From assembly GCA_965249225.1 (NCBI GenBank), contig CBDFLT010000007.1, positions 198,213 to 262,212 of the forward strand: a stretch of 64,000 bases of DNA, given 5' to 3'. This DNA comes from Dehalococcoidia bacterium. Its GTDB lineage: Bacteria; Chloroflexota; Dehalococcoidia; Lucifugimonadales; G963668185. The translations under genes were made by a program, and so were the position numbers. This document shows, piece by piece, positions 1-9,040 of this stretch (the stretch's first letter is position 1; each line of letters begins with the position of its first letter). Below the pieces are notes generated by a model. That model did not search any database and was not told the DNA's origin. It worked only from the letters and a program-made list of their open reading frames with translations.

Positions 1-724
1 TAGTGTCGACTCCGGCGTCCAGGCAGTTGATTATGCCCTGCGACGAGACACAGTGGGCCACGGTGTGCTTGCCGAACTTGTGCACCTCCTCAACGATCGC
101 CTTGAGCTCGTCTACGTTGAAAGAGGGCCGCTTGGTGAAGGATGTGCGGGTAGAGCCGCCGGTGGCGGTGATCTTGATGAAGTCGGCGCCCTCTTTTACG
201 AGTTGGCGTACGGCGGCTCGGCACTCGTCGGGCCCGGTGGCCTGGACGCCGAAGTAGCTCAGGTGTCCGCCGATGATGGCGAGGGGCCTGCCCGCCAGCA
301 CCAGCCTGGGCGCGGGGGTGATGCCCATCATCGCCGCCTCGCGCAGCATGAGGGTTGTCCGGTGCTTGGCACCGCAGTCGCGCACGGTGGTGACGCCCGA
401 GAAGAGGTGCTTCCTGGCGTTGTGCGCCGCCTGTAGTGTGAGGACCTCGTCGGGGAGGGTGGCGAGGTCATCGCCCATGCGGCCGTCGCCGAAGCCGTTG
501 AGGTGGACGTGGCAGTCGATGAGGCCAGGGAGGACGGTCTTGTCCTCGTAGTGGAGCACCTGGACGTCTGCAGCTTCGGGGGGCACGACGCTCTCCTCGG
601 TGCCCACGGCCCTGATGATGTCGCCTTCGATGAGAAGGGCGCCCCTTTCCAGGGGAGGGCCTCCCTTGCCGTCGATGAGGCGGGCCGCTGTGATGAGCTT
701 GAGCTTTGCACTATCCTGGGCCAT
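1..724 (-). CDS. amidohydrolase-family metal-dependent hydrolase (N-terminal part; C-terminus lies beyond the left window edge)
   Basis: Absent from the ORF track because it has no stop in the window. Own translation from ATG (724-722): MAQDSAKLKLITAARLIDGKGGPPLERGALLIEGDIIRAVG...VLPGLIDCHVHLNGFG...TVRDCG. The D-x-H-x-H metal-binding motif is typical of amidohydrolases. Confidence 0.7.
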   Translation of the reverse strand, partial: MAQDSAKLKLITAARLIDGKGGPPLERGALLIEGDIIRAVGTEESVVPPEAADVQVLHYEDKTVLPGLIDCHVHLNGFGDGRMGDDLATLPDEVLTLQAAHNARKHLFSGVTTVRDCGAKHRTTLMLREAAMMGITPAPRLVLAGRPLAIIGGHLSYFGVQATGPDECRAAVRQLVKEGADFIKITATGGSTRTSFTKRPSFNVDELKAIVEEVHKFGKHTVAHCVSSQGIINCLDAGVDT

Positions 725-783
725 ACATGTCTCCTGGCTATAGACCAACGATCCTCAAGTACCACGCACCCTCGAAACCACCT

Positions 784-1389
784 CTAGTCCGGCGTCGCGT
801 GTCCCTGCGCTCTCGAGGAGACGATGCGTTCGCTGATTTGCGTCACCATCGATGAGTTGGCCGGAACGAAGTGGAGCCTGGCGGAGGCGCCGTCCTTTAG
901 CGCGAAGTCCACCGTTCGGTATCCGAGGCCTCCTCCGAAGAGGCCGGGGCTTGCGCGTATGTCGTCGATCAAGGCAATGGGGAGTTCGTTTTTGCGTTGT
1001 CCCGAGAGCGTGCCCTGGATGATCACCAGGTGGTCCTCGGTAAGAATAAACGCCGTCTTTCGCCATCCCAGGTATCTGGGTCCGGCGGTGATGGCCGCCA
1101 GCACCACGGATAAGCCCAGGAAAAGTAAATCGCCTATATAAATCTCGATGGCTCCGAGGACTACCCAGGGGGTAAGAGCCCAGAGCCAGACCCAGCGTGA
1201 CTGTCTGACCACGGACGCATCTTCGGGGATACTTACCTGCCGCTCGGGCGATGTTTCCTTGGGGTCCATGCTGGAAGTGCCTTCGAACGATGTGCCGGTG
1301 ACCAGCATAGTATACACCCAGGGGCTGGTAATTGAGCGGCGGTAGAGGATGACGGCCGGTGTTCCACCATCGGGTCCCAGTGGCCTCAC
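784..1389 (-). CDS. membrane protein with bacterial PH-like (YdbS/YdbT-type) domain
   Basis: ORF track 201 aa. It has two hydrophobic helices (WVWLWALTPWVVLGAIEIYIGDLLFLGLSVVLAAI) followed by RKTAFILTEDHLVIIQG...IDDIR, typical of bPH_2 proteins. The start is uncertain; internal Met codons at 1308 or 1269 are possible. Confidence 0.5.
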   Translation of the reverse strand: MRPLGPDGGTPAVILYRRSITSPWVYTMLVTGTSFEGTSSMDPKETSPERQVSIPEDASVVRQSRWVWLWALTPWVVLGAIEIYIGDLLFLGLSVVLAAITAGPRYLGWRKTAFILTEDHLVIIQGTLSGQRKNELPIALIDDIRASPGLFGGGLGYRTVDFALKDGASARLHFVPANSSMVTQISERIVSSRAQGHATPD

Positions 1390-1422
1390 ACGATGTCGAC
1401 GGCGGGTGCTTCTCCCACGGGT

Positions 1423-1764
1423 CTATGTTTTGCGTCTGACGTTGAGCATGGCCCGCAGGCGCTTGTTGTCCTCTTCTAGCCTTTCCTTCTCGGCCTCTAC
1501 CTCCTGCAGCCGGGCTAGGAGCCGTATGACCACCTCGACGCCCGCCAGGTTGACGCCGAGGTCTTCCATGAGGCCCCTTATGCGTTGAACCTTCTCAACG
1601 TCCCTGCGGGAGAAGACGCGCTGGTTGCCCCTGGAGCGGGCGGGTGATATGAGTCCGAGGCGCTCATAGTACCTGAGCGTCTGGGTTCGAACGCCCAGCA
1701 TTCGCGCTGCGACACTGATTACGAAGACGGGCTCGTCGCCGCTTATCATTTCGTTCATCGACAT
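1423..1764 (-). CDS. hspR: MerR-family heat-shock transcriptional repressor (HspR-like)
   Basis: The N-terminal MerR HTH reads VFVISVAARMLGVRTQTLRYYERLGLISPARSRGNQRVFSRRDV. It is followed by a coiled coil and lies directly downstream of a J-domain chaperone gene, as in hspR operons. Confidence 0.75.
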   Translation of the reverse strand: MSMNEMISGDEPVFVISVAARMLGVRTQTLRYYERLGLISPARSRGNQRVFSRRDVEKVQRIRGLMEDLGVNLAGVEVVIRLLARLQEVEAEKERLEEDNKRLRAMLNVRRKT

Positions 1765-1769
1765 ATTTA

Positions 1770-2660
1770 TTACCCCTTCTGCTCTCGGGTCTCCCTCAGC
1801 TTGCGGACCAGATCGCGCTCCTCCTCGGTCAGCTTTTTGGGCAGCCTTGGGCGTAGAGTGACGAACAGGTCACCCTTGACGTCCGGTTTGCCCAGCGTGG
1901 GCATCCCCTGTCCGGAAAGTCGAATCCGCTGGCCGTTTTGGCTCTCGGCCGGCACCTTCATTTTTACCTTGCCTTTGAGGGTTTTGACAGCCACTTCGCC
2001 ACCCAGGATCGCGTCGGCCAATGGCACTTCCACCTCTGTGTAAAGGTCGGCCCCCTTGCGCTGAAATCCTGGGTGGGGCAGGACCGTAACGTTGATGAAC
2101 AGGTCCCGGCCTCGGCCGAGCCTGATACGCACGGTTGAGCCGGTGTCGACGCCTGGCGGTATGCTTACCTCTATCCGGCGTCCACCGGATGGCCTGGAGA
2201 TGGTTACGAGGCGCTTCGCTCCGGCCAGCGCCTCTTCCAGAGTCACCGATACCTGCGATTGCATATGAGTGGCGGTCGTGGTTCTCCCCTGGCGCCCGGA
2301 GCCCAGACCGAAGCCGCTGCGCAGGTCCTCCCACCCGCCGAATAAGTCGGCCCCGAGAGTATCGCCGGGCTCGCCACGCCTGAATGACCAGTCGACTGGA
2401 GCACCGGCGCCGGTTCCGAACTGGGATTCAATCTGATCGGCGTGCTTCCACTGGTCCCCGTACATGTCGTACTTTTTCCGCTTGCCCTGGTCTGAGAGGA
2501 CTTCATAGGATTCGTTGATCTTCTTGAACTGCTCTTCAGCCTCTTTATCGCCAGAGTTCAAGTCGGGGTGGTACTTGCGGGCAAGCCGTCTGTACGCCTG
2601 CCGGATCTCCTTGTCACTGGCGTCTTTCGAGACACCGAGTATGTCGTAGTAACTAGCCAT
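1770..2660 (-). CDS. cbpA: J-domain co-chaperone, CbpA-like (no zinc-finger domain)
   Basis: J domain: [32 protein letters not shown] with the HPD motif. It has a G/F-rich linker and C-terminal DnaJ_C beta domains. There are no CxxCxGxG repeats. Confidence 0.8.
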   Translation of the reverse strand: MASYYDILGVSKDASDKEIRQAYRRLARKYHPDLNSGDKEAEEQFKKINESYEVLSDQGKRKKYDMYGDQWKHADQIESQFGTGAGAPVDWSFRRGEPGDTLGADLFGGWEDLRSGFGLGSGRQGRTTTATHMQSQVSVTLEEALAGAKRLVTISRPSGGRRIEVSIPPGVDTGSTVRIRLGRGRDLFINVTVLPHPGFQRKGADLYTEVEVPLADAILGGEVAVKTLKGKVKMKVPAESQNGQRIRLSGQGMPTLGKPDVKGDLFVTLRPRLPKKLTEEERDLVRKLRETREQKG

Positions 2661-2686
2661 TTTGGTTATACTGAGTCAGCGCCTTC

Positions 2687-2724
2687 ATCTCATATATATT
2701 TTAGCATATGTTGAATTATGAGAT
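2687..2724. promoter_or_regulatory. 8-bp perfect inverted repeat ATCTCATA-N22-TATGAGAT in the AT-rich divergent cbpA/hsp20 control region (candidate operator)
   Basis: Read directly: atctcata at 2687-2694 and tatgagat at 2717-2724. They sit between the divergent heat-shock genes next to hspR. It does not match the canonical HAIR or CIRCE consensus. Confidence 0.25.
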
Positions 2725-2755
2725 ACTTATAATTATTATATTTACTATATATCTA

Positions 2756-2785
2756 TTGACAAATATGCTGCACCGTTGCTGTAAT
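2756..2785 (+). promoter_or_regulatory. sigma70-like promoter for hsp20 (TTGACA-18 nt-TGTAAT)
   Basis: ttgaca at 2756-2761 and tgtaat at 2780-2785, about 70 nt upstream of the hsp20 ATG. The ATG is preceded by the RBS gaggagg. Confidence 0.4.
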
Positions 2786-2857
2786 GGGGATAGTCGGGTT
2801 GGAGAGGCGCCTCCCGATTAGGAAGCACAACTAACCCAGTATAGAGGAGGTAGCAGA

Positions 2858-3283
2858 ATGCTATTACGGCGATGGGAGCCTTTCAACGAGATTCGTAGGT
2901 TTGACGAGGCCATGGACCGCCTCTGGAACGGCGTTCCGTATAGGGACCGAGGTCGATCGGCGATGCCTTTGGACGTAGTCGAGAACGACGGCGATATCAT
3001 CGTCCGGGCAACAATACCAGGCGCCAAGCCTGAGGAGATACAGGTCACCATAGAGAACCACGTCCTTACCATTAAGGGGGAGACCAGCGAGGAGCACGTG
3101 AAAAAGGATGGGGACTACTTGATGCGAGAGCGTCGAACCGGCGGTTTCCACCGTGCTCTTCGTCTGCCTGACACGGTGGACGTCGATAAGGCCGAGAGCC
3201 GTTACGAGCACGGTGTGCTGACGGTCACCCTCCCCAAGGTTGAAGCCAAAAAGGCCAAGCGCCTTAAAGGCCAAGCGCCTTGA
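2858..3283 (+). CDS. hsp20: Hsp20/alpha-crystallin family small heat-shock protein
   Basis: Alpha-crystallin domain: PLDVVENDGDIIVRATIPGAKPEEIQVTIENHVLTIKGE...FHRALRLPDTVDVDKAESRYEHGVLTVTLPK. Confidence 0.9.
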   Translation: MLLRRWEPFNEIRRFDEAMDRLWNGVPYRDRGRSAMPLDVVENDGDIIVRATIPGAKPEEIQVTIENHVLTIKGETSEEHVKKDGDYLMRERRTGGFHRALRLPDTVDVDKAESRYEHGVLTVTLPKVEAKKAKRLKGQAP

Positions 3284-3363
3284 GGTCAAGGCAGCGTAGG
3301 TTGGCTTCGTAGCTGGGTGAGCCGGACCTCTCACGGTTCGACTCACCGCTTTCATGCTGGAAA

Positions 3364-3400
3364 GGGGCCCGGCTCTTGAGATGCCGGACCCTCTCTTTTT
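3364..3400 (+). terminator. intrinsic terminator after hsp20
   Basis: Stem ggggcccggc / gccggacccT with one mismatch and a 9-nt loop, followed by ctcttttt. Confidence 0.55.
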
Positions 3401-3494
3401 GCATTTGTTGCTATAATTCTCTCGGCGTATTTTCGCCACATCGGCTGTCTTCCCCTGAACATTAGCGATCGCCGGCCCGGAGGGAACATCGGTC

Positions 3495-4052
3495 ATGCGC
3501 ATTTACACCAAGAAAGGTGATGCAGGAGAGACGAGTCTCCTGTTCGGCGGACGGGTCTCTAAGGCCGATCCTCGGTGTGAGGCGTATGGGACCATCGACC
3601 AGGCGGTGTCTGCAATGGGCCTGGCCCGTGCTCTGTCCAAAGAGCGACGCGTCGGGGAGATGCTGCTGCACGTCCAGCGCGAGATGTTCACCGTCGGCGC
3701 CGAGCTGGCCACCGATCCTGAGAACTACCAGCTTCTACAGGAAAACTTCGGCACCGTCACGTCTGACATGGTCGACCGGCTGGAGGCTTTCATCGACGAG
3801 CTGGACGCGCAGGTAGACCTCCCACGGGCGTTTGTCGTCCCTGGCGCTTCCGTGGGATCTGGGGCGCTTGACCTCGCCAGGGCCATGCTGCGCGCGGGAG
3901 AGCGGCGGGTAGTGGACATCCAGCGGGCGGGGCTGCCGGCTAACCCTGAGGTGCTCAGGTACCTTAACCGGCTCTCCGATCTTCTGTTCATGATGGCCCG
4001 GTATGAAGACCGCGAGATGCCATTCGAACTTACTACCGGCGAACAGGCGTAG
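3495..4052 (+). CDS. ATP:cob(I)alamin adenosyltransferase, PduO type
   Basis: N-terminus MRIYTKKGDAGETSLLFGGRVSKADPRCEAYGTIDQ plus a C-terminal NRLSDLLF motif, typical of the PduO/MMAB family. Confidence 0.85.
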   Translation: MRIYTKKGDAGETSLLFGGRVSKADPRCEAYGTIDQAVSAMGLARALSKERRVGEMLLHVQREMFTVGAELATDPENYQLLQENFGTVTSDMVDRLEAFIDELDAQVDLPRAFVVPGASVGSGALDLARAMLRAGERRVVDIQRAGLPANPEVLRYLNRLSDLLFMMARYEDREMPFELTTGEQA

Positions 4053-4056
4053 CTGC

Positions 4057-4698
4057 GTGAGCGGGCCCGACATAGCGATAGTTGACTACCAGGCGGGCAA
4101 CGTGCGCAGCGTGCAGAAGGCGCTGGAGCGATATGGGGCTATAGCGCATATCACCGACGATCCGGGGCGGATTGCGGGTGCAGACGGGGTGGTGTTTCCT
4201 GGCCAGGGCGCCAGCGATCCGTCCATGCGGGAATTGAAGGCTAGGAACCTGGTCGGCTCGATCAGGGATTTCGTGGCAAGCGGCAGGCCCTTTCTTGGGG
4301 TATGCCTGGGTCTACAGCTGCTGCTTGAGGGTTCCGACGAGGGCGTGGAGCCGGGACTCGGCGTGCTGGCCGGACGGGTACGGCATCTTCCTCAGGATCA
4401 GAAGATTCCCCACATGGGCTGGAACCAGGTCGAGTTTCGCGGCGGCTATCCCGTTTTTGAGGGCATAGCCAGCGGCTCGTATTTTTACTTCGTCCACAGC
4501 TACTACGCGGACCCTGCGAACAAGGAACTAGTGGTAGGCACGACCGTTTACGGGACCGAGTTCTGTAGTGCAGTCGTCTGGAACAATGTTGCGGCCACCC
4601 AATTCCATCCTGAAAAGAGCGGGGCCGTTGGCCTCCGAATCTATGAAAACTTCGTGCGCCTTGTCGGAGAGTCGGGCCGGAGTAGCACATGCAGGTAA
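4057..4698 (+). CDS. hisH: imidazole glycerol phosphate synthase, glutaminase subunit HisH
   Basis: IAIVDYQAGNVRSVQKALE...PFLGVCLGLQLL...FYFVHSYY...TQFHPEKS contains the class-I GATase Cys-His-Glu triad context. I moved the start to the in-frame GTG at 4057 to avoid overlapping the upstream gene. Confidence 0.9.
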   Translation: MSGPDIAIVDYQAGNVRSVQKALERYGAIAHITDDPGRIAGADGVVFPGQGASDPSMRELKARNLVGSIRDFVASGRPFLGVCLGLQLLLEGSDEGVEPGLGVLAGRVRHLPQDQKIPHMGWNQVEFRGGYPVFEGIASGSYFYFVHSYYADPANKELVVGTTVYGTEFCSAVVWNNVAATQFHPEKSGAVGLRIYENFVRLVGESGRSSTCR

Positions 4699-5414
4699 TC
4701 CCGGCCATAGACATCAGGGAGGGTAGGTGTGTGCGGTTGTACCAGGGGGACTACGGCAGGGAGACGGTGTACTCAGAGCAGCCGCTGCGAATGGCACAGC
4801 GTTGGGTTGATCTGGGCGCATCACGGCTGCATGTGGTGGACCTGGACGGCGCCAGGCGGGGTGCGCTGGCGAACCTGGACGTGGTCACGTCCATTACATC
4901 CTCGTGCCAGGCGGCCGTACAGATGGGAGGCGGAATTCGCACGGTCGAGACTGCGAAAGAGGTGGTCTCGGCGGGAATCGACAGAGTCATCATAGGAACC
5001 GCGGCCGTAGAAGACCCGAAGCTAATCGAGGCGTTGTACGGAGAGGTTGGCCCTGAACTGCTGGTGGTCAGCGTGGACGCCAGGGATGGATACGTGGCGG
5101 TGCGCGGATGGACGGAGAACACAAGGATTCTGGCGTCAGACCTCGTACAACGGATGGCGGATACCGGGGTCCGACGGTTCATGTACACTGACGTGGTGCG
5201 GGACGGCACACTCACCGAGCCCAACTTTGACGCCATCGAAGCCCTTACCACTGGATCCGATCTACCCATTATGGCGGCGGGAGGCATCTCGTCGGTTGAG
5301 CATATCGTTCGGCTCTCGCGGATTGGAGTGGAGGCAGCGATCATCGGGACGGCTCTGTATACTGGACATATTGACCTGCGCGAAGCAATTGCGGCCGTTG
5401 GGGATGGATCCTAA
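4689..5414 (+). CDS. hisA: ProFAR isomerase HisA
   Basis: MQVIPAIDIREGRCVRLYQGDY...VVDLDGA...GGGIR...IIGTA. It lies in his-operon context. Confidence 0.9.
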   Translation: MQVIPAIDIREGRCVRLYQGDYGRETVYSEQPLRMAQRWVDLGASRLHVVDLDGARRGALANLDVVTSITSSCQAAVQMGGGIRTVETAKEVVSAGIDRVIIGTAAVEDPKLIEALYGEVGPELLVVSVDARDGYVAVRGWTENTRILASDLVQRMADTGVRRFMYTDVVRDGTLTEPNFDAIEALTTGSDLPIMAAGGISSVEHIVRLSRIGVEAAIIGTALYTGHIDLREAIAAVGDGS

Positions 5415-5441
5415 CTAGCGGTCGTTGGAAAGGTCTGATAG

Positions 5442-6011
5442 ATGCCGAAGAAGTTCGACGCGGACAGCAAAGATATCCTGATGGCTACTGACAGGTACAC
5501 GAATATTGACGTTCATCGAGTGCTGGCCACCATCCCCATCCTCACCTACCATGTGGTGGCTGATGTTGGCTGTGGGCCTGGCTTCTTTACGATTCCCCTG
5601 GCTAAGTATTTGTTCGACGGTCGGGTTTACGCCCTCGATGTCCAGCAGAAGATGCTGGATGCCACTAACGAGGCCCTGGAAAAGGTACACCTCACCAACG
5701 TGGACTTGGTGCGCTCTAAGGAAAACAAGTTCCCCCTGGAAGACGATAGCCTGGATGGTGCGCTGATTGCGTTTGTTCTTCAGGAGGCCAACAGCCCGAC
5801 GGCGCTGCTCAAAGAGGTTAAGCGCTGTTTGCGCAAGAGTGGCTGGCTGGCGATTCTCGAGTGGTACAAAGAGGAGATGGAAGAGGGCCCACCAGCGAAG
5901 CGCCGCATAGCCGAGGAGGGGATGCGTAAGATGACCGATAAGCTGGGGTTCAGGTTCACTTCCCGGCAGGACCTCAACCCTAAGCAGTACATGCTCGTAA
6001 TGAGGAAGTAG
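5442..6011 (+). CDS. class I SAM-dependent methyltransferase
   Basis: Motif [17 protein letters not shown]; motif II/post-[12 protein letters not shown]. It is inserted between hisA and hisF. Confidence 0.75.
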   Translation: MPKKFDADSKDILMATDRYTNIDVHRVLATIPILTYHVVADVGCGPGFFTIPLAKYLFDGRVYALDVQQKMLDATNEALEKVHLTNVDLVRSKENKFPLEDDSLDGALIAFVLQEANSPTALLKEVKRCLRKSGWLAILEWYKEEMEEGPPAKRRIAEEGMRKMTDKLGFRFTSRQDLNPKQYMLVMRK

Positions 6012-6034
6012 CTTTAGCAAGCGAGCGTACGGAC

Positions 6035-6874
6035 ATGCTGGCCAAGCGAATCATTCCCTGTCTAGACGTTACCGCCGGAAGGGTGGTCAAAGGCATCAGC
6101 TTCGTCAATCTGAGAGACGCCGGCGACCCCACCGAGTTGGCCTCGTTCTACGACCGTGAGGGTGCCGATGAGTTGGTGTTCCTGGACATTACCGCCACCT
6201 CGGATGGTCGGGATATCATGGTCGACGTGGTCAGCCGCGTATCCGAAAAGGTCTTCATACCTTTGACCGTGGGAGGGGGTATCAGGAAGGTGGAAGATGT
6301 CCGGCTGATGCTGGAGGCTGGCGCCGATAAGGTATCGCTTAACACCGCCGCCGTCCAGAACCCTGATGTCGTTGCCGGTGCATCGGACTTCTTCGGCAAC
6401 CAGTGTATTGTCGTCGCCATCGACGCGAAGGCCATAAAGTCGGCGGGGGATGATGGTCCGGTCCGACGCAGGGTTGCCGATGTGGACTCTCAGCTCGGGC
6501 TCGACTCGGGCTCTCGATGGGAGGTTTTCACACACGGAGGTCGGACCCCAACTGGGTTGGACGCCCTCAAGTGGGCCAGGTGTGCGGCCGAGCTGGGAGC
6601 GGGTGAGTTGCTCGTCACCAGTATGGACACCGACGGACATCAGACCGGGTACGACTTGGATCTCACACGCGCGGTCTCAGAGAGCGTACCCATTCCCGTG
6701 ATCGCCAGCGGTGGCGCGGGAGAGCTGGAGCATCTGCGACAGGCGCTGGCGATCGGCAAGGCGGACGCCGTGCTTGCCGCAAGCATATTCCACTACGGCA
6801 CCTTCCGGGTAAACGACGCAAAAAAGTACCTCTCAAGCAAGGGGGTGCCCGTGCGCCCCACACATGGTTCGTAG
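6035..6874 (+). CDS. hisF: imidazole glycerol phosphate synthase, cyclase subunit HisF (carries a ~25-aa internal insertion)
   Basis: [20 protein letters not shown]...LVFLDITA...TVGGGIR...VTSMDTDG...IASGGAG. The segment [29 protein letters not shown] is additional compared with typical ~253-aa HisF. Confidence 0.9.
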   Translation: MLAKRIIPCLDVTAGRVVKGISFVNLRDAGDPTELASFYDREGADELVFLDITATSDGRDIMVDVVSRVSEKVFIPLTVGGGIRKVEDVRLMLEAGADKVSLNTAAVQNPDVVAGASDFFGNQCIVVAIDAKAIKSAGDDGPVRRRVADVDSQLGLDSGSRWEVFTHGGRTPTGLDALKWARCAAELGAGELLVTSMDTDGHQTGYDLDLTRAVSESVPIPVIASGGAGELEHLRQALAIGKADAVLAASIFHYGTFRVNDAKKYLSSKGVPVRPTHGS

Positions 6875-6914
6875 GCGCCGCCGAGATGTCGTATGCCGAG
6901 AAGTTGAAGGGGAA

Positions 6915-7532
6915 ATGATGATCCGCTTAGACGAAAAGGGCCTGGTGCCCGCCATAGCGCAGAACGCCGCTACCGGTGAGGTGCTCATGCTGGGGTACAT
7001 GACCCCCGGCGCTCTGAAACGGACCCTCGAAGGTGGAGATGTTTGGTTCTACAGTCGCAGCCGGGCTGACCTGTGGCACAAGGGCGAGGTCTCGGGCAAC
7101 TATATGCACTTCAAAGTGGCATCCCTCGACTGCGATGGAGATGTAATTCTGCTTCAGGTTGAGCCCGATGGGCCCATATGCCATACAGGCAACTCCACCT
7201 GCTTTTTCACCCCGTTTAGCGAACTGCCGGAGTTCGAGCATTCCGACAAAGGGCCGGGTATCCTCGAGCAGCTGTACTCCGTGATTCAGGACCGGAAACA
7301 GGAGAGGCCTGAGGGCAGCTACACGGCGGAGTTATTTGAGCAGGGCGTTCAGCGGATCAGCCAGAAGGTAGTTGAAGAGGCCGGTGAGGTGGCCATCGCC
7401 GGCGCGACGGAGAACCAATCGCAGCTCGTTGAGGAGGCGGCGGACCTCTTCTACCACACTCTGGTCCTACTGTCTGCGTGTGACCTTAAACCCGACGACG
7501 TGTGGGAGCGTTTGAGGGAGCGCCGCAAGTAG
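6915..7532 (+). CDS. hisI: bifunctional phosphoribosyl-AMP cyclohydrolase / phosphoribosyl-ATP diphosphatase HisIE
   Basis: GLVPAIAQNAATGEVLMLGYM...WFYSRSR..LWHKGE.SGN...DCDGD (HisI part), then SYTAELF..G...I.QKV.EEA.E (HisE part). The start is set at ATG 6915, behind a purine-rich RBS. Confidence 0.85.
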   Translation: MMIRLDEKGLVPAIAQNAATGEVLMLGYMTPGALKRTLEGGDVWFYSRSRADLWHKGEVSGNYMHFKVASLDCDGDVILLQVEPDGPICHTGNSTCFFTPFSELPEFEHSDKGPGILEQLYSVIQDRKQERPEGSYTAELFEQGVQRISQKVVEEAGEVAIAGATENQSQLVEEAADLFYHTLVLLSACDLKPDDVWERLRERRK

Positions 7533-7561
7533 CCTCTCCTCTCCCGGGAGCTGTTTGCCAA

Positions 7562-8464
7562 TCAGCTTCTCAGCTTGGGCGGTTCTTCCTGGCCGGCTCC
7601 ACCGTCCGCTTCCACAGCCTGCTTCATCGCCGCAATGGCGACCTGGATTTGGTCGTCGTCGGGCTGCCTTGTGGTCAGTGTCTGGAGCGCCAGGCTGGGT
7701 GCGGCGATCGTCCGCACCAGGGGATTGTTCCCGTGGAAGCCCGTGAATCGAATCGCCTCATAGCTGATGGCGGCTATGCCGGGAACCAGAACGATCCGCG
7801 AGGTGATGAGCCACCACAGAGGGTCTCTACCGATGAAAACAAACACCGCGACCGCCACAACCATCACCACGAACAGGAACGCCGTCCCGCACCTTGGATG
7901 GGCCGTCGGGTACTTCCGAATCTCCTCCACCTCCAGCGGGTCGCCGTGCTCCTGCGCGTGAACCGTCATGTGCTCGGCGCCGTGGTACATGAAGACGCGT
8001 CTGATGTCCTCCATGCGCCCGATGAGCAGGAGGTAGCCGAGGAATATGGCCAGCCGTATGGCCCCCTCCGCGATGTTGCTGGTGACGTCCGACCCGAAGG
8101 CACCCTCAAGCGGTCTGCTGGCGAACAGGGGGGCCAAGAAGAAAATCCCGACGGCCAGCAAGAGCGACACGATCATCATGGCGGCCATGGCGCCCTTTCC
8201 GATCTCCTCGCCCTCGGCCTCTACGTTGACGTTGGCCGAGTAGATGAGAGCCTCCATGCCTAACGACACCGTCTCGATCAATACGACGAATCCGCGGACC
8301 AGCGGGATGCGACGCAACCTTCCCGTGAAAAACGCGTTGATGGGCCGGCACCGGAGGGCGATGGTCCCGCCTGGGCGGCGTACCGCTATGGAGGCGTTAC
8401 ACTGTCCCCGGATCATCACCCCTTCCAGCACCGCCTGGCCGCCGTAGGTGGCCTTTCTTTCCAA
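7562..8464 (-). CDS. DUF1385-family membrane protein
   Basis: N-terminus YGGQAVLEGVMIRG, an HGAEH motif (YHGAEHMTV) and several TM helices, as in DUF1385/YqhQ proteins. Confidence 0.7.
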   Translation of the reverse strand: MERKATYGGQAVLEGVMIRGQCNASIAVRRPGGTIALRCRPINAFFTGRLRRIPLVRGFVVLIETVSLGMEALIYSANVNVEAEGEEIGKGAMAAMMIVSLLLAVGIFFLAPLFASRPLEGAFGSDVTSNIAEGAIRLAIFLGYLLLIGRMEDIRRVFMYHGAEHMTVHAQEHGDPLEVEEIRKYPTAHPRCGTAFLFVVMVVAVAVFVFIGRDPLWWLITSRIVLVPGIAAISYEAIRFTGFHGNNPLVRTIAAPSLALQTLTTRQPDDDQIQVAIAAMKQAVEADGGAGQEEPPKLRS

Positions 8465-8553
8465 GGCTTCCCCTTATTTAGACTCTTGGCCGGTAATACA
8501 AAACGAGGGGTGAGACCTCTCACCCCTCGTGCAGGTCGTCGAATCGATGAAAT

Positions 8554-8757
8554 CTACTTCAAGTTGTACCGGCGCTTAAGTCTATCTACCCTTCCTTCCG
8601 TGTCGACGATTCGCTGCTCGCCCGTGAAGAACGGGTGGCACACACTGCACAGCTCCGTCTGCAAAGTCGGTTTGGTCGAGCCCGTCGTGTACGTATTGCC
8701 GCAGGAGCAGGTGACCACGGCCTCGGGATAGTATTTCGGGTGGATGTCCGCTTTCAT
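8554..8757 (-). CDS. rpmE: 50S ribosomal protein L31
   Basis: [64 protein letters not shown]. The track ORF (to 8943) is over-extended; the true ATG is at 8757. Confidence 0.95.
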   Translation of the reverse strand: MKADIHPKYYPEAVVTCSCGNTYTTGSTKPTLQTELCSVCHPFFTGEQRIVDTEGRVDRLKRRYNLK

Positions 8758-8762
8758 AGGGT

Positions 8763-9029
8763 TTAATCGTCTCCTGACGCGGGGTAAACGCTGGCCCGCT
8801 TTCGCCCCTTCGTGAAGTGCTCGAATTTGACTGTTCCGTCGATCAACGAAAAGAGGGTATGGTCCCGCCCCAGACCGACGTTTTGGCCCGGGTGTATTTT
8901 GGTCCCACGCTGCCGGACGATTATCGATCCCGCGTTGACCCACTGGCTATCGTAGCGCTTGACGCCGAGTCGTCGGCCGCGGCTGTCTCGACCGTTTCTT
9001 GTGCTTCCTCCGCCCGTCTTGTGTGCCAT
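8763..9029 (-). CDS. rpmA: 50S ribosomal protein L27
   Basis: [48 protein letters not shown]. Confidence 0.95.
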   Translation of the reverse strand: MAHKTGGGSTRNGRDSRGRRLGVKRYDSQWVNAGSIIVRQRGTKIHPGQNVGLGRDHTLFSLIDGTVKFEHFTKGRKRASVYPASGDD

Positions 9030-9040
9030 TCTAATTCTCC

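Noticed and set aside
2690-2730. CIRCE-like (TTAGCA...) or HAIR-like elements in the heat-shock control region.
   Set aside because: TTAGCATAT-N9-TGAGATACT matches CIRCE only in the first six bases. No CTTGAGT/ACTCAAG halves are present.
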